Positions 28,980 to 37,525 of a stretch of 38,586 nt of DNA are shown one piece after another. The notes below the pieces were generated by a model. The model made no database searches and was not told where the DNA came from. It was given only the letters and a program-made list of their open reading frames with translations. The stretch is from Candidatus Zixiibacteriota bacterium. GTDB taxonomy: Bacteria; Zixibacteria; MSB-5A5; WJJR01; JAJRUJ01. The translations under genes were made by a program, and so were the position numbers. The stretch covers positions 1 through 38,586 of the forward strand of contig JAJRUJ010000021.1 of NCBI GenBank assembly GCA_024277855.1, given 5' to 3'. Position 1 is the stretch's first letter, and each line of letters begins with the position of its first letter.

Positions 28980-29720
28980 CTACAGCACTTTCTCAAGAAA
29001 CGAAATCGTCCGTGGATGTCGGGGATTATCGAGGACCTCGTCGACCGGCCCCTCCTCCACAATGTTGCCTTCAGTAAAAAATAATAAGCGGTCGGCAACC
29101 TCACGGGCAAAGCCGATCTCATGAGTTACCACCACCATGGTCATCCCTTCAGCGGCCAGTTTTTTCATCACCGCCAGCACTTCGCCAATCATCTCCGGGT
29201 CCAACGCCGAGGTCGGTTCATCAAAGAGCATAATCTTCGGCGTCATCGCCAGTGCGCGGGCAATCGCCACGCGCTGTTGCTGTCCCCCGGAAAGCTGACC
29301 GGGATAAGCGTCGGCCTTATCGGCCAGATCGACTTTCGCCAATAAGACCCGGGCGGCAGAGTCGGCCTCTGCCGACGATTTCCCGCGCACCAATCGGGGA
29401 GCCAGAGCAACATTTTCCAGCGCCGTGAGGTGGGGAAACAAGTTGAACGACTGGAAAACCATCCCCACCTCGGTACGAACCTGATGCACATGGCGGTTGT
29501 CGGCATCCAGCGGGGTCCCGTCGATAACAATTGAGCCGGAGTCGATTTTTTCCAGCGCATTTAGGCACCGCAACATCGTCGATTTCCCCGACCCGGACGG
29601 GCCCACCACCACGACCACCTCGCCGGGCCATACCGAAAGATTAACCCCGCGAAGGGCGGAAATCTTCCCGAATTTTTTGGCCGCGTCGCGGACAGTTATG
29701 ATACTCTTGGCAGGCAACAT
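28980..29720 (-). CDS. Polar amino-acid ABC transporter ATP-binding protein (GlnQ/HisP-like)
   Basis: Walker [10 protein letters not shown], signature [15 protein letters not shown], Walker [14 protein letters not shown] 29720 with SD GAGGAAA. Confidence 0.85.
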   Translation of the reverse strand: MLPAKSIITVRDAAKKFGKISALRGVNLSVWPGEVVVVVGPSGSGKSTMLRCLNALEKIDSGSIVIDGTPLDADNRHVHQVRTEVGMVFQSFNLFPHLTALENVALAPRLVRGKSSAEADSAARVLLAKVDLADKADAYPGQLSGGQQQRVAIARALAMTPKIMLFDEPTSALDPEMIGEVLAVMKKLAAEGMTMVVVTHEIGFAREVADRLLFFTEGNIVEEGPVDEVLDNPRHPRTISFLEKVL

Positions 29721-29746
29721 CGTTTCCTCACGCAAGGAAGCGCATC

Positions 29747-30424
29747 CTAATGCGATACACCATACCCATGTACGCGATATTTCTTCTCCAGCAAGCTGAC
29801 AATTCTCGAAAGCCCCAGGGTCATGATCAGATAAATGATCCCCACCACCAGCCAGGTCTGAAAATCGACAAAATATTGCGAATAATATTCCCGTCCCGCG
29901 CGGGTTAATTCCCGCAGACCGATGATCGAGACCAGCGAGGAATCTTTAAGACTGGCGATAAACTCGTTGGCGGACGGCGGAATGATGATCCGCGCCGCCT
30001 GCGGCAGGATTACATGGCGCAGGACCTGGCGGCGAGTCATCCCCAGGGAGAGGGCGGCTTCATGTTGTCCTTTTTCGATGGCCCCAATCCCGGAACGGAA
30101 GATCTCGGCGAGAAAAGCCGAATAACAGATGCCCACTGCCAGCACACCGGCGGTAAAACGGTCGAGCTGCAACAGCCGCCCCAGCCCGAAGTAGATAAAA
30201 AATATCTGCACCAAAAGCGGAATGCCCCGGAGGACATCCACATAGATTTTGGCCAGCAGGCGTAACGCTCTGATCCGTGACAGCCGGGCCAGGCTGACAC
30301 TCAGACCGAGCACAACCGCCAGGATAAACGCGCAAACGGTAATTAGTATTGTCGTGGGAACCGCCGGAAGAAGATAGGCAAAGATATCGATGAAAATCTG
30401 GGTTTGTTCTTTGATAAATGCCAT
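29747..30424 (-). CDS. Polar amino-acid ABC transporter permease (HisM/GlnP family)
   Basis: Five TM helices with the EAA-like loop ([22 protein letters not shown]). Confidence 0.85.
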   Translation of the reverse strand: MAFIKEQTQIFIDIFAYLLPAVPTTILITVCAFILAVVLGLSVSLARLSRIRALRLLAKIYVDVLRGIPLLVQIFFIYFGLGRLLQLDRFTAGVLAVGICYSAFLAEIFRSGIGAIEKGQHEAALSLGMTRRQVLRHVILPQAARIIIPPSANEFIASLKDSSLVSIIGLRELTRAGREYYSQYFVDFQTWLVVGIIYLIMTLGLSRIVSLLEKKYRVHGYGVSH

Positions 30425-30505
30425 TGATCTTACCCGGCTTCCCCGTGGTTGACGATCAAGCTACCAGCTTTTCGGCCGGTGGCCAAGTAAATTGTAAATC
30501 CGCGT

Positions 30506-30534
30506 AAACGCCGCAGTCCGATGGGCGTTTTTTT
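30506..30534 (+). terminator. Orphan plus-strand terminator-like hairpin (AAACGCC-11 nt loop-GGCGTTT followed by TTTTT) between divergent promoters
   Basis: Read directly. No plus-strand gene upstream, so its function is unclear. A TATAAT -10-like hexamer lies at 30571-30576, ahead of the VIT-VWA gene. Confidence 0.3.
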
Positions 30535-30613
30535 ATCTGGATGGTGGGAATAAGTATAAGACCATATGTGTATAATAAGCGCCATCCTCAACCTATTCCA
30601 TCAGGAGGTTGTG

Positions 30614-32866
30614 ATGAAATCGGTACGTCCACAAATGCTGATTGGCCTGCTTATCCTCTGTGGTCTGACATTTATGGCCGCGCCCACCGACGCGCTGATC
30701 GTGATCAGACACCTTCCCGACCAACAACCCAATCCGCACGCACTACGGCTGACGGCTAATACCGTCGATGTTGTGATTACCGACCGAGTCGCGGAGGTTA
30801 CCGCTGAATTTGTTTACAAAAACACGGGCCGGGTCGACCTGGAGGGCACCTTCCTCTTTCCGCTGCCGGACCAGGCGGCCGTCGATGATTTTTCATTGTT
30901 CGTTAATGGGGAGGAAATTAAAGCCGAACTGTTCGACCGGGAACGGGCGCGGGCGATTTATGAGAACATCGTCCGTCGTCAAAAAGACCCGGCGCTGTTG
31001 GAATTTGCCGACCAAAATTTGCTGAAAGCAAGCATCTATCCAATCACCCCGCGCGATGGGGCAAAAGTCCGACTCTATTACACGTATCCGGTACCTGCCG
31101 ATTTTAATACCGCCGATTTTGTCTATCCCCTCTCGGTGGAAAAACTCGAAGCATACGACGATTGTAAGATTACGATTAATGTCGAAGTGCGCTCCTCCGG
31201 AGCATTGCGCACGGTCTATTCGCCGACTCACACGGTATCGATCAACCAGCCCGATCAAAACAGCGCATGGGTGACTTGTACGCCGACTACCCGCAACCAG
31301 CGGTCCCTAGACTTTCATCTGTTGATTGCCAACAGTAACGACAAAGTTTCGGCACATTTTTTGACCGGGATCGATGATGAGGGGATTAAATATTTTATGG
31401 GGATGGTCTCCCCCGGAGTACCGGATAACGATGAAATCCTGCCGAAAGATATCGTTTTTTGTCTCGACCGTTCGGGCAGCATGGAAGGCGAGAAAATCGA
31501 GCAGGCCAAAAATGCGCTGCGTTTCTGTTTGAATGGGTTCAACGAACAGGACCGGTTCGGGCTGGTGATTTTCAATTCCGACATCGACAGTTTCGACCGC
31601 GGACTGGTGGCAGCGACACAAGCGGCTAAAGCAAACGCCATCCAGTATTTTGAGAAAATGCAGGCAACCGGCGGGACTTTTATCGATGGCGCACTGCAGG
31701 CATCACTGCGGATGTTTGAAAAATCAACCCGGCCGAAATACCTGGTTTTCCTGACTGACGGCCTCCCGACAGTGGGCACGCGCAACACTGACGAGATACT
31801 ACGCAATGTCCGCAAAGAGAATAAACACAACGTACGCATTTTCAGTTGGGGTGTGGGGTATGACCTCAACGGCGGTTTTGTCAACGATGTTGCCGCACAG
31901 AACAAAGGCGTGTCGTCATATGTCGAACCGGGGCAGGATATCGAGGTCGAGCTTTCGCATTTTTTCGAGAAGATCAATCGACCGGTGCTGGCCGACTGTA
32001 AACTGGATATCCAGGGTGTGCGGATCACCGAGATTTATCCCAGAGAGATGCCCGATTTATTCGCCGGGAGCGAAGTGATCGTGGTTGGGCGGTATGAGGG
32101 GGGATCGCCGGTCACGGCCACGCTTTCCGGCCGGTCGGGGACGATGTTTAAGCAGTTTACTTTCGCCACTAATTTCCAGCCGGAGCGGGGCCGTCACACT
32201 TTTTTGCCCAAGCTCTGGGCGGGCCGGAGAATCGGGTATCTGATGGACGACTTGCGAAAAAATGGCGAAACCGACGAAGTGGTAACTGAAATTGTCGGGC
32301 TTTCAAAGAAATATGGAATCATCACGCCGTATACCTCGTTTTTGGCGGCGCCCGAGCTGCCCGATCTGGACGCGGCGATCAGCATCCGTGGCGATCGTGC
32401 TGACAACTGGTTGGGCGCGGCCGACGAAAAAGCCAATCGGGCCAATATCGGCGCATCGAATCTGCAAAAAAGCACGAATATGGATCAGCAGGAGATGGAT
32501 TACAGGCCGGGTACGCCGAGGGGCGGAAGAGCGCAAAAGATTATCCTACCGGACGAATTCTTGGGCAGCGAATCGCCGGTGCCGTTCAGGCAACAGGGAG
32601 CGCAGAATGTTGCCGGAAAGACATTTATTAACGTAGCGGGGGTCTGGAACGACGCCGAATTGGTAACCGACACGCCGCCGGAGCGAACAATTACGATCCA
32701 GAGATTTTCGGACGCCTACTTCGAACTGATCCGGCAAGTGCCGAAATTTGCCGACTATTTGTCGGTCGGCGACCGAGTGAAAGTGTTGTACAACGGGGTT
32801 ATAATCGAAATCGCCGAGACCGGCGAGACCGAATTCCAGGCGGAATGGAAGGCGATTTTTCATTAA
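30614..32866 (+). CDS. Secreted VIT (vault protein inter-alpha-trypsin) + von Willebrand factor A domain protein
   Basis: VIT-like N-terminal block, VWA MIDAS motif DRSGSMEG...T..TDG, signal peptide. ATG 30614 with SD AGGAGG. Confidence 0.85.
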   Translation: MKSVRPQMLIGLLILCGLTFMAAPTDALIVIRHLPDQQPNPHALRLTANTVDVVITDRVAEVTAEFVYKNTGRVDLEGTFLFPLPDQAAVDDFSLFVNGEEIKAELFDRERARAIYENIVRRQKDPALLEFADQNLLKASIYPITPRDGAKVRLYYTYPVPADFNTADFVYPLSVEKLEAYDDCKITINVEVRSSGALRTVYSPTHTVSINQPDQNSAWVTCTPTTRNQRSLDFHLLIANSNDKVSAHFLTGIDDEGIKYFMGMVSPGVPDNDEILPKDIVFCLDRSGSMEGEKIEQAKNALRFCLNGFNEQDRFGLVIFNSDIDSFDRGLVAATQAAKANAIQYFEKMQATGGTFIDGALQASLRMFEKSTRPKYLVFLTDGLPTVGTRNTDEILRNVRKENKHNVRIFSWGVGYDLNGGFVNDVAAQNKGVSSYVEPGQDIEVELSHFFEKINRPVLADCKLDIQGVRITEIYPREMPDLFAGSEVIVVGRYEGGSPVTATLSGRSGTMFKQFTFATNFQPERGRHTFLPKLWAGRRIGYLMDDLRKNGETDEVVTEIVGLSKKYGIITPYTSFLAAPELPDLDAAISIRGDRADNWLGAADEKANRANIGASNLQKSTNMDQQEMDYRPGTPRGGRAQKIILPDEFLGSESPVPFRQQGAQNVAGKTFINVAGVWNDAELVTDTPPERTITIQRFSDAYFELIRQVPKFADYLSVGDRVKVLYNGVIIEIAETGETEFQAEWKAIFH

Positions 32867-33001
32867 ACGGGGAATTGTTGTTGGGAGTTAGGTGTATTGG
32901 GTAGAAACAACTGTGGTCCGCTGACCCGGGGTTGCTGATTTCCTGACGGTGCACACATGCAACCCCTTTTGAGCCGCCCCTGCCGCTCCTCCGGCAGGGG
33001 C

Positions 33002-33055
33002 GTTCTTGAAAAGAACCAAGTTCTTGAGAAGAACCAAGTTCTTGAGAAGAACCAA
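33002..33055. repeat. Tandem array of three 18-bp units, GTTCTTGAR-AAGAACCAA. Each contains a 15-bp palindrome GTTCTT-GAG-AAGAAC, and the junctions are also palindromic (GAAC-CAA-GTTC)
   Basis: Direct reading: gttcttgaaaagaaccaa / gttcttgagaagaaccaa / gttcttgagaagaaccaa. Preceded by a 9-bp GC hairpin CCCCTGCCG-ctcctc-CGGCAGGGG (32978-33000). Confidence 0.85.
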
Positions 33056-33130
33056 AATGATTTTTTGCTGTTGTAGTGATCTTTGGGAACTCGCAGTTGA
33101 CTGGCCTACTGATCCGGTTGTCAATCGTAG

Positions 33131-33157
33131 GGCGGGTGATTTTCACCCGCCGTTTTG
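33131..33157 (+). terminator. Terminator-like hairpin GGCGGGTGA-ttt-TCACCCGCC followed by GTTTTG. It is the first of two adjacent hairpins that compete with a 9-bp long-range helix (33127-33135 / 33183-33191)
   Basis: Read directly from the sequence. The U-tract is short (4 T), so a termination role is uncertain. Confidence 0.4.
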
Positions 33158-33198
33158 AATCTACGCGGCGGATGACGAGCATCCGCCCTACATTCCCG

Positions 33199-33228
33199 CC
33201 CCAAACAAGTTTGGGACGGCCACACGAC
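33199..33228. repeat. Repeat P copy 3: identical 30-mer CCCCAAACAAGTTTGGGACGGCCACACGAC. It is followed by an inverted partner GTGTGGCCC (33243-33251) and by repeat H2 (33273-33309)
   Basis: Exact match to 7548-7577. GGCCACAC...GTGTGGCC can pair. The H2 hairpin CCCGGAGC-ttc-GCTCCGGG-TTTCAAGGC is shared with 27101-27139. Confidence 0.8.
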
Positions 33229-33523
33229 TGAATGCAGGATACTGTGTGGCCCTTGACCGAGGGTAACATCCATGTGTGGCCCGGAGCTTCGCTCCGGGTT
33301 TCAAGGCACATTGACCATAGCTGAAAATATCCTGCAACCAAAGTTACTTACAGGCGTCGACAAAATCACTGACCAAGGGGCTTGCCCGCCTATGACGGGG
33401 TGCGAGTCGGGATTTACAAAAAACCCGGGCACCGTCACATTCTGCATATTCGCATATTGAAAGCAGGGCCACTCGTGGCTTTTTTATTGACAAGTTCATG
33501 GTGGGGTGGCTTCGTGGTTATTG

Positions 33524-34264
33524 ATGAAAAACCGGCGCCGCATACTGACCTGGCTGCCGGGGATCGCTCTGTTGCTTGCCGGCTGCTCCTCGGGGAGCAA
33601 CGCCTCGGACCAGGGGACGAAGACCGTGGACAAATACCAAGAGCTGCGCGAACGGATGGTCGAAACCCAGATCGCCCGACGGGGAATCGCCGATTCGGCC
33701 GTACTCGCCGCGCTGAATGCCGTCGAACGGCACCGCTTTGTGCCTGACCGGCACCTCGGTTACGCCTATGCCGATGAGCCGCTGCCGATTGGCGAGGGAC
33801 AGACTATTTCGCAACCGTATATCGTCGCCTACATGACCCAGGCACTTGGGTTGGAAAAATCCGACCGGGTGCTGGAGATCGGCACCGGTTCGGGATACCA
33901 GGCCGCGGTGCTGGCGGAGATCGTCGATTCGGTTTTCACCATCGAAATAATCGAATCGCTGGCCGAGCGGGCCGAGTCGACACTGGCGGCGCTGGGATAT
34001 ACGAATGTGTTTGTCCGTTCCGGTGATGGGTACCGGGGCTGGCCGGAACATGCACCGTATGACGGGATCATTGTCACCGCCGCACCCGATCATGTCCCCC
34101 AGCCGCTGGTCGACCAACTTGCTCCGGGCGGCCGGATGGTGATCCCGATTGGGATCGAATCGCAGGAAATTTTAATTATCGAACGGACCCCGGAAGGGGT
34201 TGTGACCGATACAACGCTGCCGGTCAGGTTTGTCCCGATGACCGGCGAGGCACAACAAAAGTAG
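33524..34264 (+). CDS. pcm: Protein-L-isoaspartate O-methyltransferase, lipoprotein/secreted form
   Basis: PCMT motifs (TISQPYIVAYMTQAL, VLEIGTGSGYQAAVLA, GGRMVIPIG). N-terminal MKNRRRILTWLPGIALLLAGC lipobox after ATG 33524. Confidence 0.85.
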   Translation: MKNRRRILTWLPGIALLLAGCSSGSNASDQGTKTVDKYQELRERMVETQIARRGIADSAVLAALNAVERHRFVPDRHLGYAYADEPLPIGEGQTISQPYIVAYMTQALGLEKSDRVLEIGTGSGYQAAVLAEIVDSVFTIEIIESLAERAESTLAALGYTNVFVRSGDGYRGWPEHAPYDGIIVTAAPDHVPQPLVDQLAPGGRMVIPIGIESQEILIIERTPEGVVTDTTLPVRFVPMTGEAQQK

Positions 34265-34363
34265 CGGGACAGGTTGTTTGTAGTCAGGCCGAGTTTCGCC
34301 TGAGGGGGGCGTACTCCGCACGTTGGTTTGACCAGCTAAGAGGAAGATTACAAGGAGGGGCAG

Positions 34364-35923
34364 ATGAGTACCGGATTTGAATTCAGTACGACGGTATGGG
34401 CTGTGCTCGGCATCGTGATTGTTGTGCTTTTTGCGGTCTTGCTTGCCCGGCGGTATGTTAAAGTCGGACCAAACGAAGTGCTCATCGTCTCCGGAATCAG
34501 GCACAGAATCCGCGATGCCGATGGAAATAAAATTACGGTTGGCTACCGGCTGGTGCGCGGGGGCGGGACGTTTGTGATCCCCGTATTCGAACGGGTCGAC
34601 CGGTTGTCGCTGGAGTTGTTTACTCTAGATGTGAACACGCCGGAAGTCTACACTCAGCGCGGCGTGCCGCTGGTGATCGACGGGATCGCGCAGGTCAAAA
34701 TCAAAAGTGACGACCACTCGGCGCGGATCGCCGCCGAGCAATTGCTCTCCAAAGGCCGGCAGGAGATCATGCGGATTGGCCTGCAAACGCTGGAGGGCCA
34801 CCTCCGGTCGATTATCGGGACATTGACTGTTGAAGAAGCTTATTCCAACCGTAATGCCTTCGCCGCTCGGGTGGCCGAGGTGGCCGAATCGGACATGATC
34901 GGGATGGGAATGACGATTGTCTCATTCACCATTCGCGATATCAAGGACCGTCATGGCTACATGGAGGCGCTGGGCCGTCCGCAAATCGCCGAGATCAAGA
35001 AAACTGCGGAAGTCAGCGAAGACAACGCTCGCCGCGACACGATGATCAATGCCGCAAAGGCCGATCAGGAAGGCCGCACCGCCCAACTGCTTGCCGAAAC
35101 CCAGATCGCCGAGGCCGACCGCGACAAGCGGATGAAACTGGCCGATTTTGAGGCCGCGGTCCAGCATAAACAGGCCGCGGCGGATATGGCCTACGAGTTG
35201 GAAAAACAAAAAATCAGCCAACAGGTCTGTGCCGAGCAGATGCAGGTCCAATTGGTGGAAAAAATCAAACAGGTCGAAATCGAACAGCGCGAGGTTGAAC
35301 GCAAAGAGAAAGAACTAATCGCCTCGGTTGAAAAACCGGCCGCCGCCGAGCGGTTTAAAATTGAGACCCTGGCCGAGGGTGAGGCCAAAGCGACCCGTCA
35401 ACGCGGCGAGGCCTCGGCTCACGTGACCGCGCTGGCCGGCAAGGCCGAGGCCGAGGTACTCAAAGCAAAAGGCCTGGCCGAGGCGGAAGTCGGCAAAATA
35501 GTCGGTGAGGTCGAGGCGGCCACGATGGACAAGAAAGCGGCCTCCTGGAAAAATTATAACGAGGCCGCGATCATCGAACTGCTGATTGATAAATTTCCCG
35601 AAATCGCCCGCGCGGTCTCCGAACCACTGGCCAAAATGGACAAGATGGTCGTGGTCAGTACCGATCCCGACGGCGGCGGGGCGGCCCGAGTAACCCAGGA
35701 TATCACCAAGATTATCACCCAGCTTCCCCCGGTGGTCGAGTCGTTGACCGGGCTTAAGATTGCTGAACTTCTTAAGCGGATTCCCGGGATGAATGAGACG
35801 GTCGGCAAACCCGACGAGAATCGAGAGGAGAAGAACGGAGAACCGCCGCCCTATGAACGCAAGCGGTTTACGCTGCCGCATGCCGGCGAGGAAAAACCGG
35901 AAAAAGAAAAACCCGGTAAGTAA
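34364..35923 (+). CDS. Flotillin-like SPFH/band-7 domain protein
   Basis: N-terminal TM helix, SPFH domain, long Ala/Glu/Lys-rich coiled-coil flotillin repeats. SD GGAGGGG. Confidence 0.85.
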   Translation: MSTGFEFSTTVWAVLGIVIVVLFAVLLARRYVKVGPNEVLIVSGIRHRIRDADGNKITVGYRLVRGGGTFVIPVFERVDRLSLELFTLDVNTPEVYTQRGVPLVIDGIAQVKIKSDDHSARIAAEQLLSKGRQEIMRIGLQTLEGHLRSIIGTLTVEEAYSNRNAFAARVAEVAESDMIGMGMTIVSFTIRDIKDRHGYMEALGRPQIAEIKKTAEVSEDNARRDTMINAAKADQEGRTAQLLAETQIAEADRDKRMKLADFEAAVQHKQAAADMAYELEKQKISQQVCAEQMQVQLVEKIKQVEIEQREVERKEKELIASVEKPAAAERFKIETLAEGEAKATRQRGEASAHVTALAGKAEAEVLKAKGLAEAEVGKIVGEVEAATMDKKAASWKNYNEAAIIELLIDKFPEIARAVSEPLAKMDKMVVVSTDPDGGGAARVTQDITKIITQLPPVVESLTGLKIAELLKRIPGMNETVGKPDENREEKNGEPPPYERKRFTLPHAGEEKPEKEKPGK

Positions 35924-36016
35924 ATCGAACCTGATTGGCCCGAATTGCAACCTCGGCAGTCATTTTTCGTACTGATTAAAGAGAAAGACGAAGATAATTT
36001 CGGCTGAGGAGGACAT

Positions 36017-36487
36017 ATGCGTCGATTATACCGTTCAAGTGAACATAAAATCATTGGCGGCGTTTGTGGCGGTCTGGGTGAACATTTTGATATTGACCCG
36101 ACATGGATCCGGCTGGCCTTTGTCATCCTGGCAATTACCCACGGAATCGGCCTGATCGCCTATATAATCGGCTGGATCGTCATGCCCCGACAGGAATCGG
36201 TGATCGTTGTTGAAAAATCAGCGGCGGAACCGGGTGAGCCGGCCGAACCGACGTCCGGCACTACGGCAAAACTTAACGCACCGAGTAAAGCCGGTTCACT
36301 GCTGCCCGGGATTATTCTGATCTGCATCGGCGCGTTGTTTCTAATTAATGAGACGTTTTGGTGGTTCAGTTTCCGCCAGGTCTGGCCGATGGTGCTGATT
36401 ATCCTCGGCGGGGTGCTGATCTATCGTTCGATTGAGAGTAAGAGCGAAACCGAAAAAGAGCCGGAGGTCATTAATGAATCCCGGTAA
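36017..36487 (+). CDS. PspC-domain membrane protein (phage-shock protein C family)
   Basis: N-terminal PspC domain (LYRSSEHKIIGGVCGGLGEHFDIDPTWIRLAFVILAI) and additional TM helices. SD GAGGAGG. Confidence 0.8.
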   Translation: MRRLYRSSEHKIIGGVCGGLGEHFDIDPTWIRLAFVILAITHGIGLIAYIIGWIVMPRQESVIVVEKSAAEPGEPAEPTSGTTAKLNAPSKAGSLLPGIILICIGALFLINETFWWFSFRQVWPMVLIILGGVLIYRSIESKSETEKEPEVINESR

Positions 36488-37412
36488 ACTGCGGTGGGGA
36501 GTATTTTTTATTCTAACGGGCGTATTGCTCATGCTGACCACGTCGGGACGGTTGTCGTGGGAGTTCTGGGTCGACCTGGTCTGGTTATGGCCGATGCTTT
36601 TGATCGCCATTGGGGTGGAAAAAATCTGTCTGGCTACCAAACTCAAACCGCTGGCTTATATTTCCTCGGTGATTCTGGTCGGCACGGTTTTCTGGGCCTA
36701 CAGCACGTATGCCAACGAGCCGAGATTCGAATCGATTGATGACGGTGAGTTTGTCACCGACTACAATAAAGATTTTCCCCATGATTCAACGGTCTCGGCG
36801 GTGAATGCCAATTTCGATTTCGGTGCGGGTACCCTGATGATCGGGGCGACATCCGACCGGATGTTTGAGGGTGAGTTCTTTTCCGATTTCGGCAAACCGC
36901 GCGTTACGCTGCGCAAGCGGCGGAACGAGGCCGTGTTGCGCGTGCGGATGCCCAATGACAAATACAATATCCGTTGGCCGGGCCGGATCGATAATAAGTG
37001 GCGGGTGAAATTGTCCGACAAAATACCGGTAAAATTGAACATCGACTGCGGGGCGGCGAGTCTGAAACTCGACCTCTCCGAGATCCAAATTGAAAAGTTT
37101 AACCTCGACTGCGGGGCATCGGACATCGACGTGTGGTTCGGAGCCCGGTCGCCGAGGGTTGATGCCTATATCAATTGCGGCGCGTCGAGTATGAAAATCC
37201 TCATCCCCCGGGGGGCGGGGTTGCGGGTTCGGCGCGATACGCCGGTTTCATCGTTCTCGTCCGGGCCGATCAAATTACGGAAACGCGGCTCATATCAGGA
37301 AACCGAGGGGTTTTCACGCGCACCGGTGCAGATTAATCTCGACCTGGAAGCCGGCGTCTCGTCATTCAGGGTGACTTATTCAGACGAGACGGTCAAAGAC
37401 GGCGCAATTTAA
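36474..37412 (+). CDS. LiaF-like membrane protein with C-terminal toastrack/DUF4097-type beta-helix (cell-envelope stress module partner of PspC)
   Basis: N-terminal 4-TM LiaF-TM-like region. C-terminal repeated CGA(A/S)S(L/M)K(L/I) strands (IDCGAASLKLD, LDCGASDIDVW, INCGASSMKIL) typical of toastrack domains. ATG 36474 with SD GGAGG. Overlaps the pspC 3' end by 14 nt. Confidence 0.65.
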   Translation: MNPGKLRWGVFFILTGVLLMLTTSGRLSWEFWVDLVWLWPMLLIAIGVEKICLATKLKPLAYISSVILVGTVFWAYSTYANEPRFESIDDGEFVTDYNKDFPHDSTVSAVNANFDFGAGTLMIGATSDRMFEGEFFSDFGKPRVTLRKRRNEAVLRVRMPNDKYNIRWPGRIDNKWRVKLSDKIPVKLNIDCGAASLKLDLSEIQIEKFNLDCGASDIDVWFGARSPRVDAYINCGASSMKILIPRGAGLRVRRDTPVSSFSSGPIKLRKRGSYQETEGFSRAPVQINLDLEAGVSSFRVTYSDETVKDGAI

Positions 37413-37439
37413 CTTTTCATGACGGCATCTCCGGATCGA

Positions 37440-37464
37440 CCGCGGGTTTCGGCCCGCGGTTTTC
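37440..37464 (+). terminator. Rho-independent terminator (CCGCGGG-tttcgg-CCCGCGG + TTTTCATTT) after the toastrack gene
   Basis: 7-bp GC stem followed by a T-rich tract 28 nt after the stop. Confidence 0.55.
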
Positions 37465-37525
37465 ATTTGTCCGGGATTGAATATTCCACTTTTGCCTTTA
37501 CCCTCGCTGCCGTATTTTGTTGTGC

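Noticed and set aside
33280-33298. Initial impression that the H2 hairpins carry a C(UUCG)G super-stable tetraloop
   Set aside because: On exact indexing the closing bases do not form a C-G pair around UUCG. The stems are 8 bp with 3-nt loops (or 7 bp with 5-nt loops), so no tetraloop claim is made. Genuine CUUG tetraloop stems occur at 7480-7495 and 38341-38354
33487-33492. TTGACA hexamer 32 nt upstream of pcm as a promoter -35
   Set aside because: No acceptable -10 at 16-18 bp spacing. A weak hairpin plus T-run (33463-33486) immediately precedes it, so the signal is ambiguous
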